A stretch of DNA of 64,000 nt. Source: Aureliella sp. Its GTDB lineage: Bacteria > Planctomycetota > Planctomycetia > Pirellulales > Pirellulaceae. This document shows positions 18,596 through 27,439 of the stretch, piece after piece. Each line of letters begins with the position of its first letter. Within the stretch, counting starts at the first letter, position 1. Position numbers and translations under genes: made by a program. The stretch covers positions 160,001-224,000 of the forward strand of contig OY829846.1 of the NCBI GenBank assembly GCA_963691875.1, given 5' to 3'. Under the pieces are notes generated by a model, which saw only the letters and a list, made by a program, of their open reading frames with translations, made no database searches and was not told the origin of the DNA.

Positions 18596-18611
18596 GTGGT
18601 AAACTTCCCGC
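18596..18611. promoter_or_regulatory. 16-bp palindromic site, copy 5 (GTGGTAA-AC-TTCCCGC)
   Basis: Intergenic, after the Erv gene. Confidence 0.65.
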
Positions 18612-18646
18612 GTAAGAGAATCCTGCCAAAAGCACAAAACAGATTG

Positions 18647-19324
18647 ATGAAACTGCTCACATTAGCCCTGATTCTGTTCGCACCCGTAATAGCATGTGCG
18701 CAGGTGAATCCGTGCGACTACGGTGCAATTCCGAACGATGGCTTGGACGACTCGGCTGCGTTTTTGGCTGCTTACAAGGCGGCGATGGAGACCCAGCGGG
18801 ACGTGCGTGTTCCAGCTGGTGTGTTCGAGCTCAATCCGTTGGTTTGCTACGTGTATGCACAGCTGAATGTCATTGGGGAAGGTCGCGACAAGACGAAGTT
18901 CCTGAGATTGGTCAATCGCAGTTGGACTCAGCGATTCCGATGTGGCAAGGGGGCTGGGCTACGAATTGAGGGTATTGCATTAGACGGAAACGCAACGAAC
19001 TTGGATCGGGTTGATGGTGACGATCAACACCACGAAATCCGCATCGATCAACTTGGCAATACTAAGATGCACTTGGTCACGCTGCAATCAGTCGGCGTCC
19101 ACGACTTAGTTGCCGGTGACGTTGGGATTAACGTCAGCGCCCGATTCGGCCCGATGGCTTCTTTGAAGGAGTCAGGAAACACCTGGGCGAAGACTTCTCT
19201 CGCGCTGAAGCAAGTCACCACTGGGCATCCCTTCGAATTGAACATTGAACCTGAAACCCTAAAGCGTCTTACCGGAAAAGGCGACTACTACCCGATCGAG
19301 ACTTCCACGCAGAGTAGAGAGTAG
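18647..19324 (+). CDS. Signal-peptide protein with pectate-lyase-3-like beta-helix N-terminus
   Basis: MKLLTLALILFAPVIACA signal; VNPCDYGAIPNDGLDDSAAF...VRVPAGVF motif. Confidence 0.7.
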   Translation: MKLLTLALILFAPVIACAQVNPCDYGAIPNDGLDDSAAFLAAYKAAMETQRDVRVPAGVFELNPLVCYVYAQLNVIGEGRDKTKFLRLVNRSWTQRFRCGKGAGLRIEGIALDGNATNLDRVDGDDQHHEIRIDQLGNTKMHLVTLQSVGVHDLVAGDVGINVSARFGPMASLKESGNTWAKTSLALKQVTTGHPFELNIEPETLKRLTGKGDYYPIETSTQSRE

Positions 19325-19328
19325 CAAT

Positions 19329-19970
19329 ATGAGTCTTGACTATCTAAAGAACATCAAGCCACTCGAAGATGCTGGCGTTTCAAGTGACGCAGCTATTGCT
19401 GAAGCTCTTGTGAACTCGCGGCTTACGCACCGCGATATTCCGGTTACCGCTGCGGGTGACAAGCAGGGCGCATCAGTATTGTTTTTACTCACCGCTCAGT
19501 TCCCCGTTATGTCGATGGGAAGCGATCAAACATGGGTTGGCCCGTTGGTAGACCTGCGTTCAACGAAGAGCGAAGTGGACGATGCGATGGGGGTTCTAAT
19601 GCCCTATTTGCAGGTACAGGGCTCGAAAGTGTCGTCCAGCACGATGCCCCTATCCGCCAAAGCCTTGTATGCCATCACGGAAGCAGTGAAGGGCATCGTT
19701 CCGAATCTGCCCCCCGAGCTCAATCTGGCACCCGAGCAGGTTGATGCTGCGGTCGATGCGATCACTGGGGGGCGACTCTTCGACAGCATCACGGCCGCCG
19801 ACGTCGTCGCGGCCCGCGATGAACACGACGATGCGACGTTGAAAGACGATGCCGTCAACAAAGTGTTTGCTTGGAACAACGGGGCAATCGCGGCTGCGGA
19901 GGCGGCTAGGGAATCCGGTAAGACCCCCGCCGAAATCGAGCAAGCAGCACGCGACGTCTGGGGGATCTAA
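19329..19970 (+). CDS. Hypothetical phage protein
   Basis: 213 aa, co-oriented, tightly packed. Confidence 0.6.
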   Translation: MSLDYLKNIKPLEDAGVSSDAAIAEALVNSRLTHRDIPVTAAGDKQGASVLFLLTAQFPVMSMGSDQTWVGPLVDLRSTKSEVDDAMGVLMPYLQVQGSKVSSSTMPLSAKALYAITEAVKGIVPNLPPELNLAPEQVDAAVDAITGGRLFDSITAADVVAARDEHDDATLKDDAVNKVFAWNNGAIAAAEAARESGKTPAEIEQAARDVWGI

Positions 19971-20639
19971 GTGGGTATCCGGCAAATTCTGGAAATGACC
20001 AACCCTGGCTATGGGGACGTTCAAACTGGAGTTGTTTCCGTTGTGACCGGCGACACGATTGTAATTGTGTCGCTAAACACCTCAAGCTCGCTGCTTGAAA
20101 GTGCGACTGACACTGAGGGCAATACCTACACAATCGACCACGAAACAGACGCTACCGGGCGGGGGCGAGCATTCATCTCAGCCATCGCTATAAGCACTGC
20201 CACGACGACGATCACGCTTACTCAAGCACAAAGAAAGTCATCAAAACAAGCCGTCATATTTGTCGTCGACCAGTCGTGTACCTACGTCGATTTTGACGAA
20301 CAAACCGACACAACAGTGACCAGCTCTCACACTAGCGGAAGTCTAGCCGCGCTGGCTGGGGATTGCGTATTTGCGGCGAACGGATTCGGTAATGCGACGT
20401 GCTCCAAGGGGCCAACCTGGGATAGCCAGTTCCCGGACCCGCCAGCGTATGGACGGATGATCGAATACAAAGAGTCCTCTGGAGGGACTGAAGTAGGTGA
20501 CTTCACGTCGTCGCCTAGCCGTAGTGGCAAAAAGAATTTCATGGCTGTCTATCGTCCGGTGGGTGGAGGCGGGCCGACTGCAAACGCGCTGCTTGCGAGA
20601 AAAAAACGAGCAGCGGGCAAGGAGGTTTTGGCGCTATGA
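19971..20639 (+). CDS. Putative virion protein (beta-sandwich, Thr/Ser-rich)
   Basis: GDTIVIV...TDTEGNTYT motif. Confidence 0.6.
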   Translation: MGIRQILEMTNPGYGDVQTGVVSVVTGDTIVIVSLNTSSSLLESATDTEGNTYTIDHETDATGRGRAFISAIAISTATTTITLTQAQRKSSKQAVIFVVDQSCTYVDFDEQTDTTVTSSHTSGSLAALAGDCVFAANGFGNATCSKGPTWDSQFPDPPAYGRMIEYKESSGGTEVGDFTSSPSRSGKKNFMAVYRPVGGGGPTANALLARKKRAAGKEVLAL

Positions 20640-23488
20640 CAATACAAGCTGGCTCAACAGATCAGTACGCAACCGTGCAGATCATGAACACGGATGGTAC
20701 GGCAAAGACCGACGTGACTAGTGCAACATCGGGGCTGAGTATCAAGTATCAGCTCGACAACGGCACGGTAGTGACGCTCACTCCCGTTGCGATGAGTGCT
20801 GGAGGTGCCCACGCCGATGGCGGCATTTATCACGTTGATGGAGGTCGCTACAAAATCGGCTTACCCGACGCCGCAGTTAGTTCAGTCGGAAAGCTTTGTG
20901 TCTGGACAACGTTGACCGATACGGAGTTTGTTGAAGATGAGATTGCGGTTGTAGCTTACGATCCGGCAACAGCGAATCTCGGACTGAACAATGTCAGCCC
21001 TTCGGATGTGCAGAACTCATGCAACGCAGCGATGGTCGCTCTGTACTTGGACCGACTCTTTGCAGTGAATTATGCCCCAGAGAGCAAGCCGGGTGCTCCG
21101 ACTGCCTTGCTCAACGAGTTGATCGTCAATGAAGGCGGGGTGAGTATTTTCTCAAAGGTTCAGACGGTAGACGATCTGACTAACGCCAACGACCTGGATG
21201 AATCCCAGACTACAGCCGCATGCGCGGCAGCAATCACCGCCGAGAATGTTGCATCCACTGGCGATGCGATGACCTTGACCGCAGGCGAAAGAACAAGCCT
21301 CGCAGCAGCCCTGGAAGCTGCGGTCATCAACGAGCTGGATGGAACTGCGGTAATGCAGGCCATTGCGGATTTGATTGCCAGCGACATGACGACCGGGGAC
21401 TTGTCCGTGCAAGCAATTGCTGCTGCCACTCGCGATTTGATTCTTGATCGTGTCCTGGCAGGAAACCACGACACGGCAGGAACCGTCGGCAAGCAGTTGC
21501 AAGATCTACCGCTGCTGACATGGCAACAGAGTATTGCAGGAATCACTGGGGGCACTCAAGCTGGAGCTATCCTAGACACTCTGAAAACAGATCTTGAGAA
21601 CCTTGACGTAGAAGATTCGTGCTTAGCGGCTATCCAGTCCGAAGGGGTGCTAACAACTGGGAGTACCGTATCCGCGAACATGATCCAGATCAACGGTCAT
21701 TCTATCGCTGGAACCGGTAACCAAGTTGCTGATGGTTTTGAGTTCCTGTTCAATGTAGCTATTCCGACTAAGACAATGGAGGATATCGGAACAGGCGTAG
21801 GAGGTAGCGGAGACTGGACGGCGACAGAAAAGAATCAGATCCGCCATCGGCTTGGTGTTGACGGTACAACTGCCACGCCAGCGACGAATACGCCGAATCT
21901 CGACATCCCAGCGAATCTGGGTGCTATTGTTGCCGACTGGACGGACGGAGGTCGCCTAGACTTGATTCTCGATGCGACAGCGACGAATACGGATGACATT
22001 CTTTCTGACTTGGATAATAAGCCAACCGCTCAGGAGACTCTCACAAGTTTCAAAGCAGACGCAACATTCGTCAGTCTGTTCAGCGATGCATCCAACGCTG
22101 CAACGTCGTCTGCTGCAAACACTACCGCGCTAGCTGCTGTTCAGGCTTCGATCGATGGGCTCACAACAGGCATCACTTCGCGAATTCGAGTCGCGACAGC
22201 GGCACAGTACGAGCACCCCGAGTCAGGAACAGTGGAATACAAGGTCGTCTTGCTCTGCGTCAATGAATCGGGAGTCGCTGTTGCTCCTGACTCGGCGCCG
22301 ACATTGACAGCCGTGAACCCCTCCGGCACAGACCGCAGCGGAAACCTTTCTGCTCTGACCAATCCGTCTGTTGGTAGGTACGAGTCGATCTACACCGTGA
22401 CCAACGGAGACGCGCTGGAACAGCTGATAATGACTGCGTCTGCGACGATTAGCGCGCAAACCTATTCAGCCGTAGTGAATCCAACCGTGACAGACGCGGT
22501 AGCAACCGACTTCACGGCGACCGACAGAAACACGCTCAACAGTCTTGTTTCAGACATCTGGAGCAATGGCACTCGCTCGCTCACCGACCCAGTTGCCGCG
22601 AACCTGACACAGATTCTAGGATCAGCGATTCCAGCTGAGTCTGCAGCTGGTCGAATGGCAACTGCTATTCAGACGCTGCTTGATGTTGTCGCGCCGTTCG
22701 CCATGACGGATCTAGCTCGGCAAGGCGCCGATGGTGACACGCTCAAGACTCTATCTGATCAGCTGGACGCCGTTACTACGGGTACTAGCCCAACTCAGTT
22801 GCTCGATACCACGATTGGAACCGTCACATCACAAACCGTTCTGATCCTCAATGCCGGAGCTCCTGACGACGACGTCTACAACGGAGCTCTAGCAATTGTC
22901 ACCGATCAAGCGGATGCAAGCCAGAAAGCTTTCGCGACCGTCACTGACTACGACAGTGCGACGAACACAATCACGCTTGCCGCCGCGCCTGGATTCACGG
23001 TCGCCGCAGGTGACAATGTGAAGATCGTTGCCGGTGCAACTGGTGAAGGTGGCAGCTGTGACGAGAATGCAATCGCTACAGAAATTGCGAGCCAGCTCGC
23101 CAGCGTCCCGATTAAGCTTCTTAGTCCTTACAGTACGAACTCTAAACGCCTCGAATTGGTACAGGACGCCGACTACCAAAGCACTGGAGCGAGCCAATCG
23201 ATCGACTTTGAAATCACGCAACCTGGAATCATCGCCGGGGACGCTGCTTACTTCGGAGCGAAACTTGCTACGAACAACAGCACGATCGGGCCAATCACTG
23301 GAACGGTCATCGACGATGCAGGCACCCTACAGGTTCGCATAGAGATACCTGATACCGAGCTCGCAGGTAAAACACCAAGCGAGAATTGGCTTTTCACTGT
23401 GGTGCATCGCAAGGACGGCATCACGACACCCCTGATAGCTTCGTCTCCAATGACACTAAAAGAGAATCAGGTAGGGATGATCCTCTGA
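20636..23488 (+). CDS. Large virion protein (tail fibre / baseplate-like, modular)
   Basis: 950 aa, Ala/Thr/Asp-rich modules; last gene of the late operon. Confidence 0.65.
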   Translation: MTIQAGSTDQYATVQIMNTDGTAKTDVTSATSGLSIKYQLDNGTVVTLTPVAMSAGGAHADGGIYHVDGGRYKIGLPDAAVSSVGKLCVWTTLTDTEFVEDEIAVVAYDPATANLGLNNVSPSDVQNSCNAAMVALYLDRLFAVNYAPESKPGAPTALLNELIVNEGGVSIFSKVQTVDDLTNANDLDESQTTAACAAAITAENVASTGDAMTLTAGERTSLAAALEAAVINELDGTAVMQAIADLIASDMTTGDLSVQAIAAATRDLILDRVLAGNHDTAGTVGKQLQDLPLLTWQQSIAGITGGTQAGAILDTLKTDLENLDVEDSCLAAIQSEGVLTTGSTVSANMIQINGHSIAGTGNQVADGFEFLFNVAIPTKTMEDIGTGVGGSGDWTATEKNQIRHRLGVDGTTATPATNTPNLDIPANLGAIVADWTDGGRLDLILDATATNTDDILSDLDNKPTAQETLTSFKADATFVSLFSDASNAATSSAANTTALAAVQASIDGLTTGITSRIRVATAAQYEHPESGTVEYKVVLLCVNESGVAVAPDSAPTLTAVNPSGTDRSGNLSALTNPSVGRYESIYTVTNGDALEQLIMTASATISAQTYSAVVNPTVTDAVATDFTATDRNTLNSLVSDIWSNGTRSLTDPVAANLTQILGSAIPAESAAGRMATAIQTLLDVVAPFAMTDLARQGADGDTLKTLSDQLDAVTTGTSPTQLLDTTIGTVTSQTVLILNAGAPDDDVYNGALAIVTDQADASQKAFATVTDYDSATNTITLAAAPGFTVAAGDNVKIVAGATGEGGSCDENAIATEIASQLASVPIKLLSPYSTNSKRLELVQDADYQSTGASQSIDFEITQPGIIAGDAAYFGAKLATNNSTIGPITGTVIDDAGTLQVRIEIPDTELAGKTPSENWLFTVVHRKDGITTPLIASSPMTLKENQVGMIL

Positions 23489-23544
23489 GAACACTCAGTT
23501 GTCTTAACAAAGGGCTGAGGATAGCTGCTAGGGCAGTGCAGCGG

Positions 23545-23578
23545 GGCCGGAAGAGCTTGTCTCCTCCGGTCTTTTTTT
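23545..23578 (+). terminator. Rho-independent terminator of the late operon
   Basis: GGCCGGAAGAG-cttgt-CTCCTCCGGTC stem followed by T7. Confidence 0.7.
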
Positions 23579-24245
23579 AGTTCTTCGGTTTCTTTCCTCT
23601 GTTGCTGATGATTTTACGAAGTCTATCTGCGTCTTCATTGGCGAAATCCCGCAGAGCGACGAACAGTTTTTTGCCGTCAGGTTTCAATAGTTGGACTTTG
23701 CCGCCGCCGTAACGAACGAACTTCGCCTGCACTTTCGAGCCAGTTTTTGAAGTCCAGGTCGGGTAGTCGTGATCCGTCTGTTCCTTCGCCGTCAGCAGCC
23801 GGAATGTGAACACCGTGTTGGAGCTCGTGGACGTTTTGTAAGTCTTTGTCTCGCCGATTCTAACAAGCCCTCGAACCACCACATCTTCGCCATCGGACAA
23901 CTTATCTGCAGGATACTCTTGCAGCCAAAGAAGCTTATCTCCGAAGCTGATCAGAGCTTCCGTCTTACCGAGAACCTGGAGGACTTTGCCGTTGTCAAAA
24001 GCCAATCGACCCACATCTCCTTCGTTCAGCGAGTTCAGGTTCAAGGACTTCAGTTCGTGTCTTGAGTCCCACTCCGGCAGAACTTGGTCATTCTGAATCC
24101 TTCGAGCCCGAGCCAGTCTCGCCTTTTCTTCTTCGAGTTTCAGACGCCATTTCGCTGCCTCGGCTAGAGGGTCAGTCTGAGCGAGACCAACTACCGGATA
24201 AACTAACAGCACAGTAACTAGACTCGCTGCTAAACACCTACGCAT
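23577..24245 (-). CDS. Secreted protein with C-terminal SHD1 domain (moron-like)
   Basis: Signal peptide; TWTSKTGSKVQAKFV...KVQLLKPDGK...L.DF.NED pattern. Confidence 0.75.
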   Translation of the reverse strand: MRRCLAASLVTVLLVYPVVGLAQTDPLAEAAKWRLKLEEEKARLARARRIQNDQVLPEWDSRHELKSLNLNSLNEGDVGRLAFDNGKVLQVLGKTEALISFGDKLLWLQEYPADKLSDGEDVVVRGLVRIGETKTYKTSTSSNTVFTFRLLTAKEQTDHDYPTWTSKTGSKVQAKFVRYGGGKVQLLKPDGKKLFVALRDFANEDADRLRKIISNRGKKPKN

Positions 24246-24364
24246 TCTTACCTTCTCCCCGGAACCAAATGAACTGGAGGACCAGTCTTACATAAGGGCT
24301 AGCAGCTGTCAAAAACCAGGCGCCAGCTCTGATCCACATCCTCGTTCAAAAGTGTCTAGGATCG

Positions 24365-24397
24365 GGTCCTAAACCGGTCCTAAACCGGTCCTAAACC
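24365..24397. repeat. Tandem 11-bp repeat GGTCCTAAACC x3, candidate integrase arm-type sites
   Basis: Three exact copies about 150 bp upstream of tRNA-Pro. Confidence 0.8.
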
Positions 24398-24438
24398 CCC
24401 GCTAGAACACCCCAAAAGCCGCAAAAAACCAACAGGCG

Positions 24439-24467
24439 TTGTCCGTGAGAAGCACCGAGAATATAAT
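24439..24467 (+). promoter_or_regulatory. Sigma70-type promoter for tRNA-Pro
   Basis: TTGTCC-N17-TATAAT about 80 bp upstream of the tRNA. Confidence 0.55.
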
Positions 24468-24548
24468 GGGCAAAACGGCAACGAGAGAACAGAAAACCCT
24501 TGTTTTTGTTGGTGTTTTTGACACTGAGAGGCGAATCAATTCGCCCAT

Positions 24549-24623
24549 CGGGCTATAGCGCAGCCTGGCTAGCGCGCTACCTTGGGGTGGTAGAGGTCGT
24601 GGGTTCAAATCCCGCTAGCCCGA
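24549..24623 (+). tRNA. tRNA-Pro(GGG), CCA not encoded
   Basis: Acceptor CGGGCTA/TAGCCCG, anticodon arm CTACC-TTGGGGT-GGTAG, T-arm GTGGG-TTCAAAT-CCCGC. Confidence 0.97.
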
Positions 24624-24631
24624 CTTTACAT

Positions 24632-24667
24632 AAACCCTGCAATTCCTTGTGTTTCGCAGGGTTTTTT
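24632..24667 (+). terminator. Element-supplied terminator after tRNA
   Basis: AAACCCTGC...GCAGGGTTT followed by a T-run. Confidence 0.65.
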
Positions 24668-24720
24668 CGTATCGTGGAGTTTCTGGCTTAAGGGGTACCA
24701 CCCTTTTCGGGAATGTCTCA

Positions 24721-25728
24721 GTGCCACGACAACCCAAGCCGTACTACCGCGAGAGCGATAAGCAGTGGGTTTGCACGATTGAAGGTAGGCGTATCTACCT
24801 TGGGAAGTTGAAGAGCAAGGCGCTCGAGGCGTTTCATCAGCTCATGGCTGATCGTGAGGCTATTGGTGCCGAGATCAATACCGTCTACGCCATGGCTCAG
24901 GAGTATCTCACTTGGGTTGAAAAGAACAAGGCACCCGCCACTTACGCCAAGGTGCTTCGCAGCCTTAAGAACTTCTGCAAACACACTGGCAAGTCGCTTA
25001 AGCTCTCCAGCCTGAGAGGACATCATCTCACAAGGTGGATTGCAAAGAACCCAGGCTGGAAGAGCACGACAACGCAGAACATTAACTTGCGTTGCGTAAC
25101 AGAGATGTTGAACTGGTGCGTAAAGGAAGGTTACGTTTCAAAGAATCCCTTAAGCGGATACAAGAAGCCGCAGGAGCAGGTGAGAGATGAATACTACGAT
25201 GATGACCAATGCAGTCAGATACTCGGCAACGTCAAGGAGCCGTTCAAGTCGTTTGTCGTGTTCCTGATGGAAACTGGATGCTGACCAGGGGAGGCAAGGA
25301 GACTCAAGCCAAGGCATATGCGAGACAGGGTGTGTGTTCTTCCGCCTGAGGAATCGGCCAAAGGTGATGGCAGAGAGCGCACCATCTATCCCAGCGACAA
25401 GGCATGGGAGATCTTGGAGGCTAAATCGCAAGACAGGGAACCAGACGACTTTCTGTTTCTCAATACGAAGGGCAGGCCATGGACCAAAGACAGTATCAAA
25501 TGTGCCATGCACCGAATTGCCGATGAGATTGGCTGGACGCCAATCGCTTATGGCTTAAGACACACTTGGTGTACAAACGCCCTCATGCAAGGCATGGGAC
25601 TTGAGACAGTCTTGCAACTGATGTCTCACAAAGATGAGAAGATGGTACTCAGGGTCTATCAAAAGTTGAAGAAGAACCCCGAGTACCTTTTGGAGCAAGC
25701 GAACAAGTTTAGAAGTGCCGCTTCGTAA
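24721..25728 (+). pseudogene. int: Tyrosine recombinase (integrase) with one in-frame nonsense at the catalytic Arg
   Basis: ETGC*PGE (TGA at 25282..25284), frame continues to YGLRH, LMSH and VY. Confidence 0.9.
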
Positions 25729-25909
25729 CTGAAGCCTTCTTGTGTGCCGGCTCACCAAGGCAGCATTCCAAGTATCTGTTGAGCTGCTCGTCGCTAACAC
25801 GCACTGCCCTTCCTATTCTGTAGTGCTCGATTTCTCCTTTGCTTATAAGTCTCCGAACCATTGATTCTGAGACACAAAGCTCTGCTGCTACATCTTCTAC
25901 TGTTTTCAC
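25709..25909 (-). CDS. xis: Excisionase-family HTH protein (HTH_17)
   Basis: TVEDVAAELCVSESMVRRLISKGEIEHYRIGRAVRV; convergent with int. Confidence 0.85.
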   Translation of the reverse strand: MKTVEDVAAELCVSESMVRRLISKGEIEHYRIGRAVRVSDEQLNRYLECCLGEPAHKKASVTKRHF

Positions 25910-26115
25910 TCTTTCTGTATCGCTTGCCAGAAGCTAGATAGGGTTTCAAGAAATACTAAACCTAGCGTTCACCATCATGGGCTCCTTTTATACGAGATCT
26001 TCTCACCGTGTCAAATTTGTGAAGCGAATCATTGAATCTTACGCCAGCATGAGCCATGGCGGCGACATGATGACGCAAACTTATCCACGCACCCGAGCAG
26101 ACCACCTGTCCAGCT
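25878..26115. repeat. ~238-bp direct repeat, copy A (xis 5' end plus leader/promoter)
   Basis: Near-identical to 28869..29106 (offset 2991). Confidence 0.9.
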
Positions 26116-26248
26116 CATAGTTGAAGACACACACCTACATAAAAGACAACATCGCGATTGCATAGGCATAGACATTGCCCCCTTGCCTCACATGCGCGCA
26201 GGATCGCATATAAGACCTAAAACTTCTCCTAGGTGAGAAATTCGGTAG

Positions 26249-27439
26249 TTAGACCGCGAGGAAGGCCTTGATCCCACTAAGGAGCATTTCGTTTTCCTCC
26301 TCAGTGCCAATGGAGATCCTCACAAAGTTAGGCATGTCCCACCTTTGACCTCCGCTCACTAGGACGTTTCGGTCGGCAAGAAACCTAACGAGTGGGCCAC
26401 AGTCCTCGCCGATGTTTACCCAGCAAAAACAGGTGCAGCTTGGTGTCATGTTCCAACCCGCATCATGAAAAAACTTCGCCCATGAGGCGTGAATTGCTCG
26501 ATTTAGCTTCAAAGTATCGCGAAGGTGCTCATCGTCGTCTATCGCTTGTTGTGCCGCCAAAATGCCGGGCATGTTAAAGGAGAGCCCGCCAAGCATATAG
26601 TTTTTTAGCCTTCCAATGATGTCCTTGTAGGCAATCCCATATCCCACCCTCAAACCAGCGAGACCATATATCTTGGAAAATGTTCGCGAAACCAGCACAT
26701 TGCTTCGGTTTTTCGCGAGCTCAACGGCCGTAGTAGATTCTGGCTCCTCGGTGAATTCTATATAAGCCTCATCCACGAAAATCAGCGCGTCACTAGGCGT
26801 TTGTTTGGCTATGCGTTCAATCTCTGAAAGAGTGATTGTGGTCCCTGTGGGGTTGTTTGGGTTACAGATTACTACCAGTCGCGTATCCGCGTCGATTGCA
26901 GCACACATGGCTGCAGCGTCAAGCCGATTACGACTATCTAAAGGAACCATTTTGCGTTTGACGTTCGCACCTGGGATTCCAGCTGCCGCGGAACCAATTG
27001 CCGAATAGCTGGGATATGGCTCAACAACATTTCCACCCGACCCGCAGTAGGCCCAAGCGGCAGCCCGCAGAATCTCTGAAGAACCCACACCTAGAAGTAG
27101 GTTGACGTTTCCTTCTCCCTCCCTGTCATCACCCAATGCTAGGGTTTCACTTACTTCTTCGTAGGGTAGTCCGTTGTGCTGACGGAGTTTCATTGCCAGC
27201 TTTTTACTCTCCAACAATGGGTACCGAGCAAACTGCTGACCGGCTGCCATGAGTACCTTTAAAGATTTCGGTGATGGGCCTAACGGATTTTCGTTGAACA
27301 GGATTCTAGCTGCGTGATCCGTGCCGCTTGCTTCTGCGGCTGCTAACGCAGTCGGCCTTACCTCATCGAGTAAAAAACTGCTAGCAAATGCCCCTGCTAC
27401 TGAAGTACTGCCCAAAAAGTTACGCCGAGATGTGAGCAT
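26249..27439 (-). CDS. Tat-exported PLP aminotransferase class I/II (HisC-like)
   Basis: SRRNFL Tat motif; NENPLGPS, CNPNNPTG, DEAY, SRTFSKIYGLAGLRVG. Confidence 0.9.
   Translation of the reverse strand: MLTSRRNFLGSTSVAGAFASSFLLDEVRPTALAAAEASGTDHAARILFNENPLGPSPKSLKVLMAAGQQFARYPLLESKKLAMKLRQHNGLPYEEVSETLALGDDREGEGNVNLLLGVGSSEILRAAAWAYCGSGGNVVEPYPSYSAIGSAAAGIPGANVKRKMVPLDSRNRLDAAAMCAAIDADTRLVVICNPNNPTGTTITLSEIERIAKQTPSDALIFVDEAYIEFTEEPESTTAVELAKNRSNVLVSRTFSKIYGLAGLRVGYGIAYKDIIGRLKNYMLGGLSFNMPGILAAQQAIDDDEHLRDTLKLNRAIHASWAKFFHDAGWNMTPSCTCFCWVNIGEDCGPLVRFLADRNVLVSGGQRWDMPNFVRISIGTEEENEMLLSGIKAFLAV

Larger units (their letters stand above)
1..24548 (+). mobile_element. Prophage late (structural/lysis) region of a siphovirus-like temperate phage; left end outside window, right end probably at or near tRNA-Pro
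   Basis: About 30 tightly packed co-oriented + strand ORFs including tape measure, S49 protease, capsid, tail tube and chaperones; arm-like repeats just before the tRNA. Confidence 0.9.

Noticed and set aside
16648..23488. Diversity-generating retroelement acting on tail fibre genes
   Set aside because: No reverse transcriptase and no adenine-specific TR/VR repeat pair seen by eye in the window
24365..24397. Tandem repeats as a CRISPR array
   Set aside because: 11-bp units with no spacers and no cas genes in the window
25282..25284. Stop-codon reassignment or selenocysteine explaining in-frame TGA/TAG
   Set aside because: TGA and TAG terminate many normal genes here; the position requires Arg; surrounding decay favours pseudogenisation
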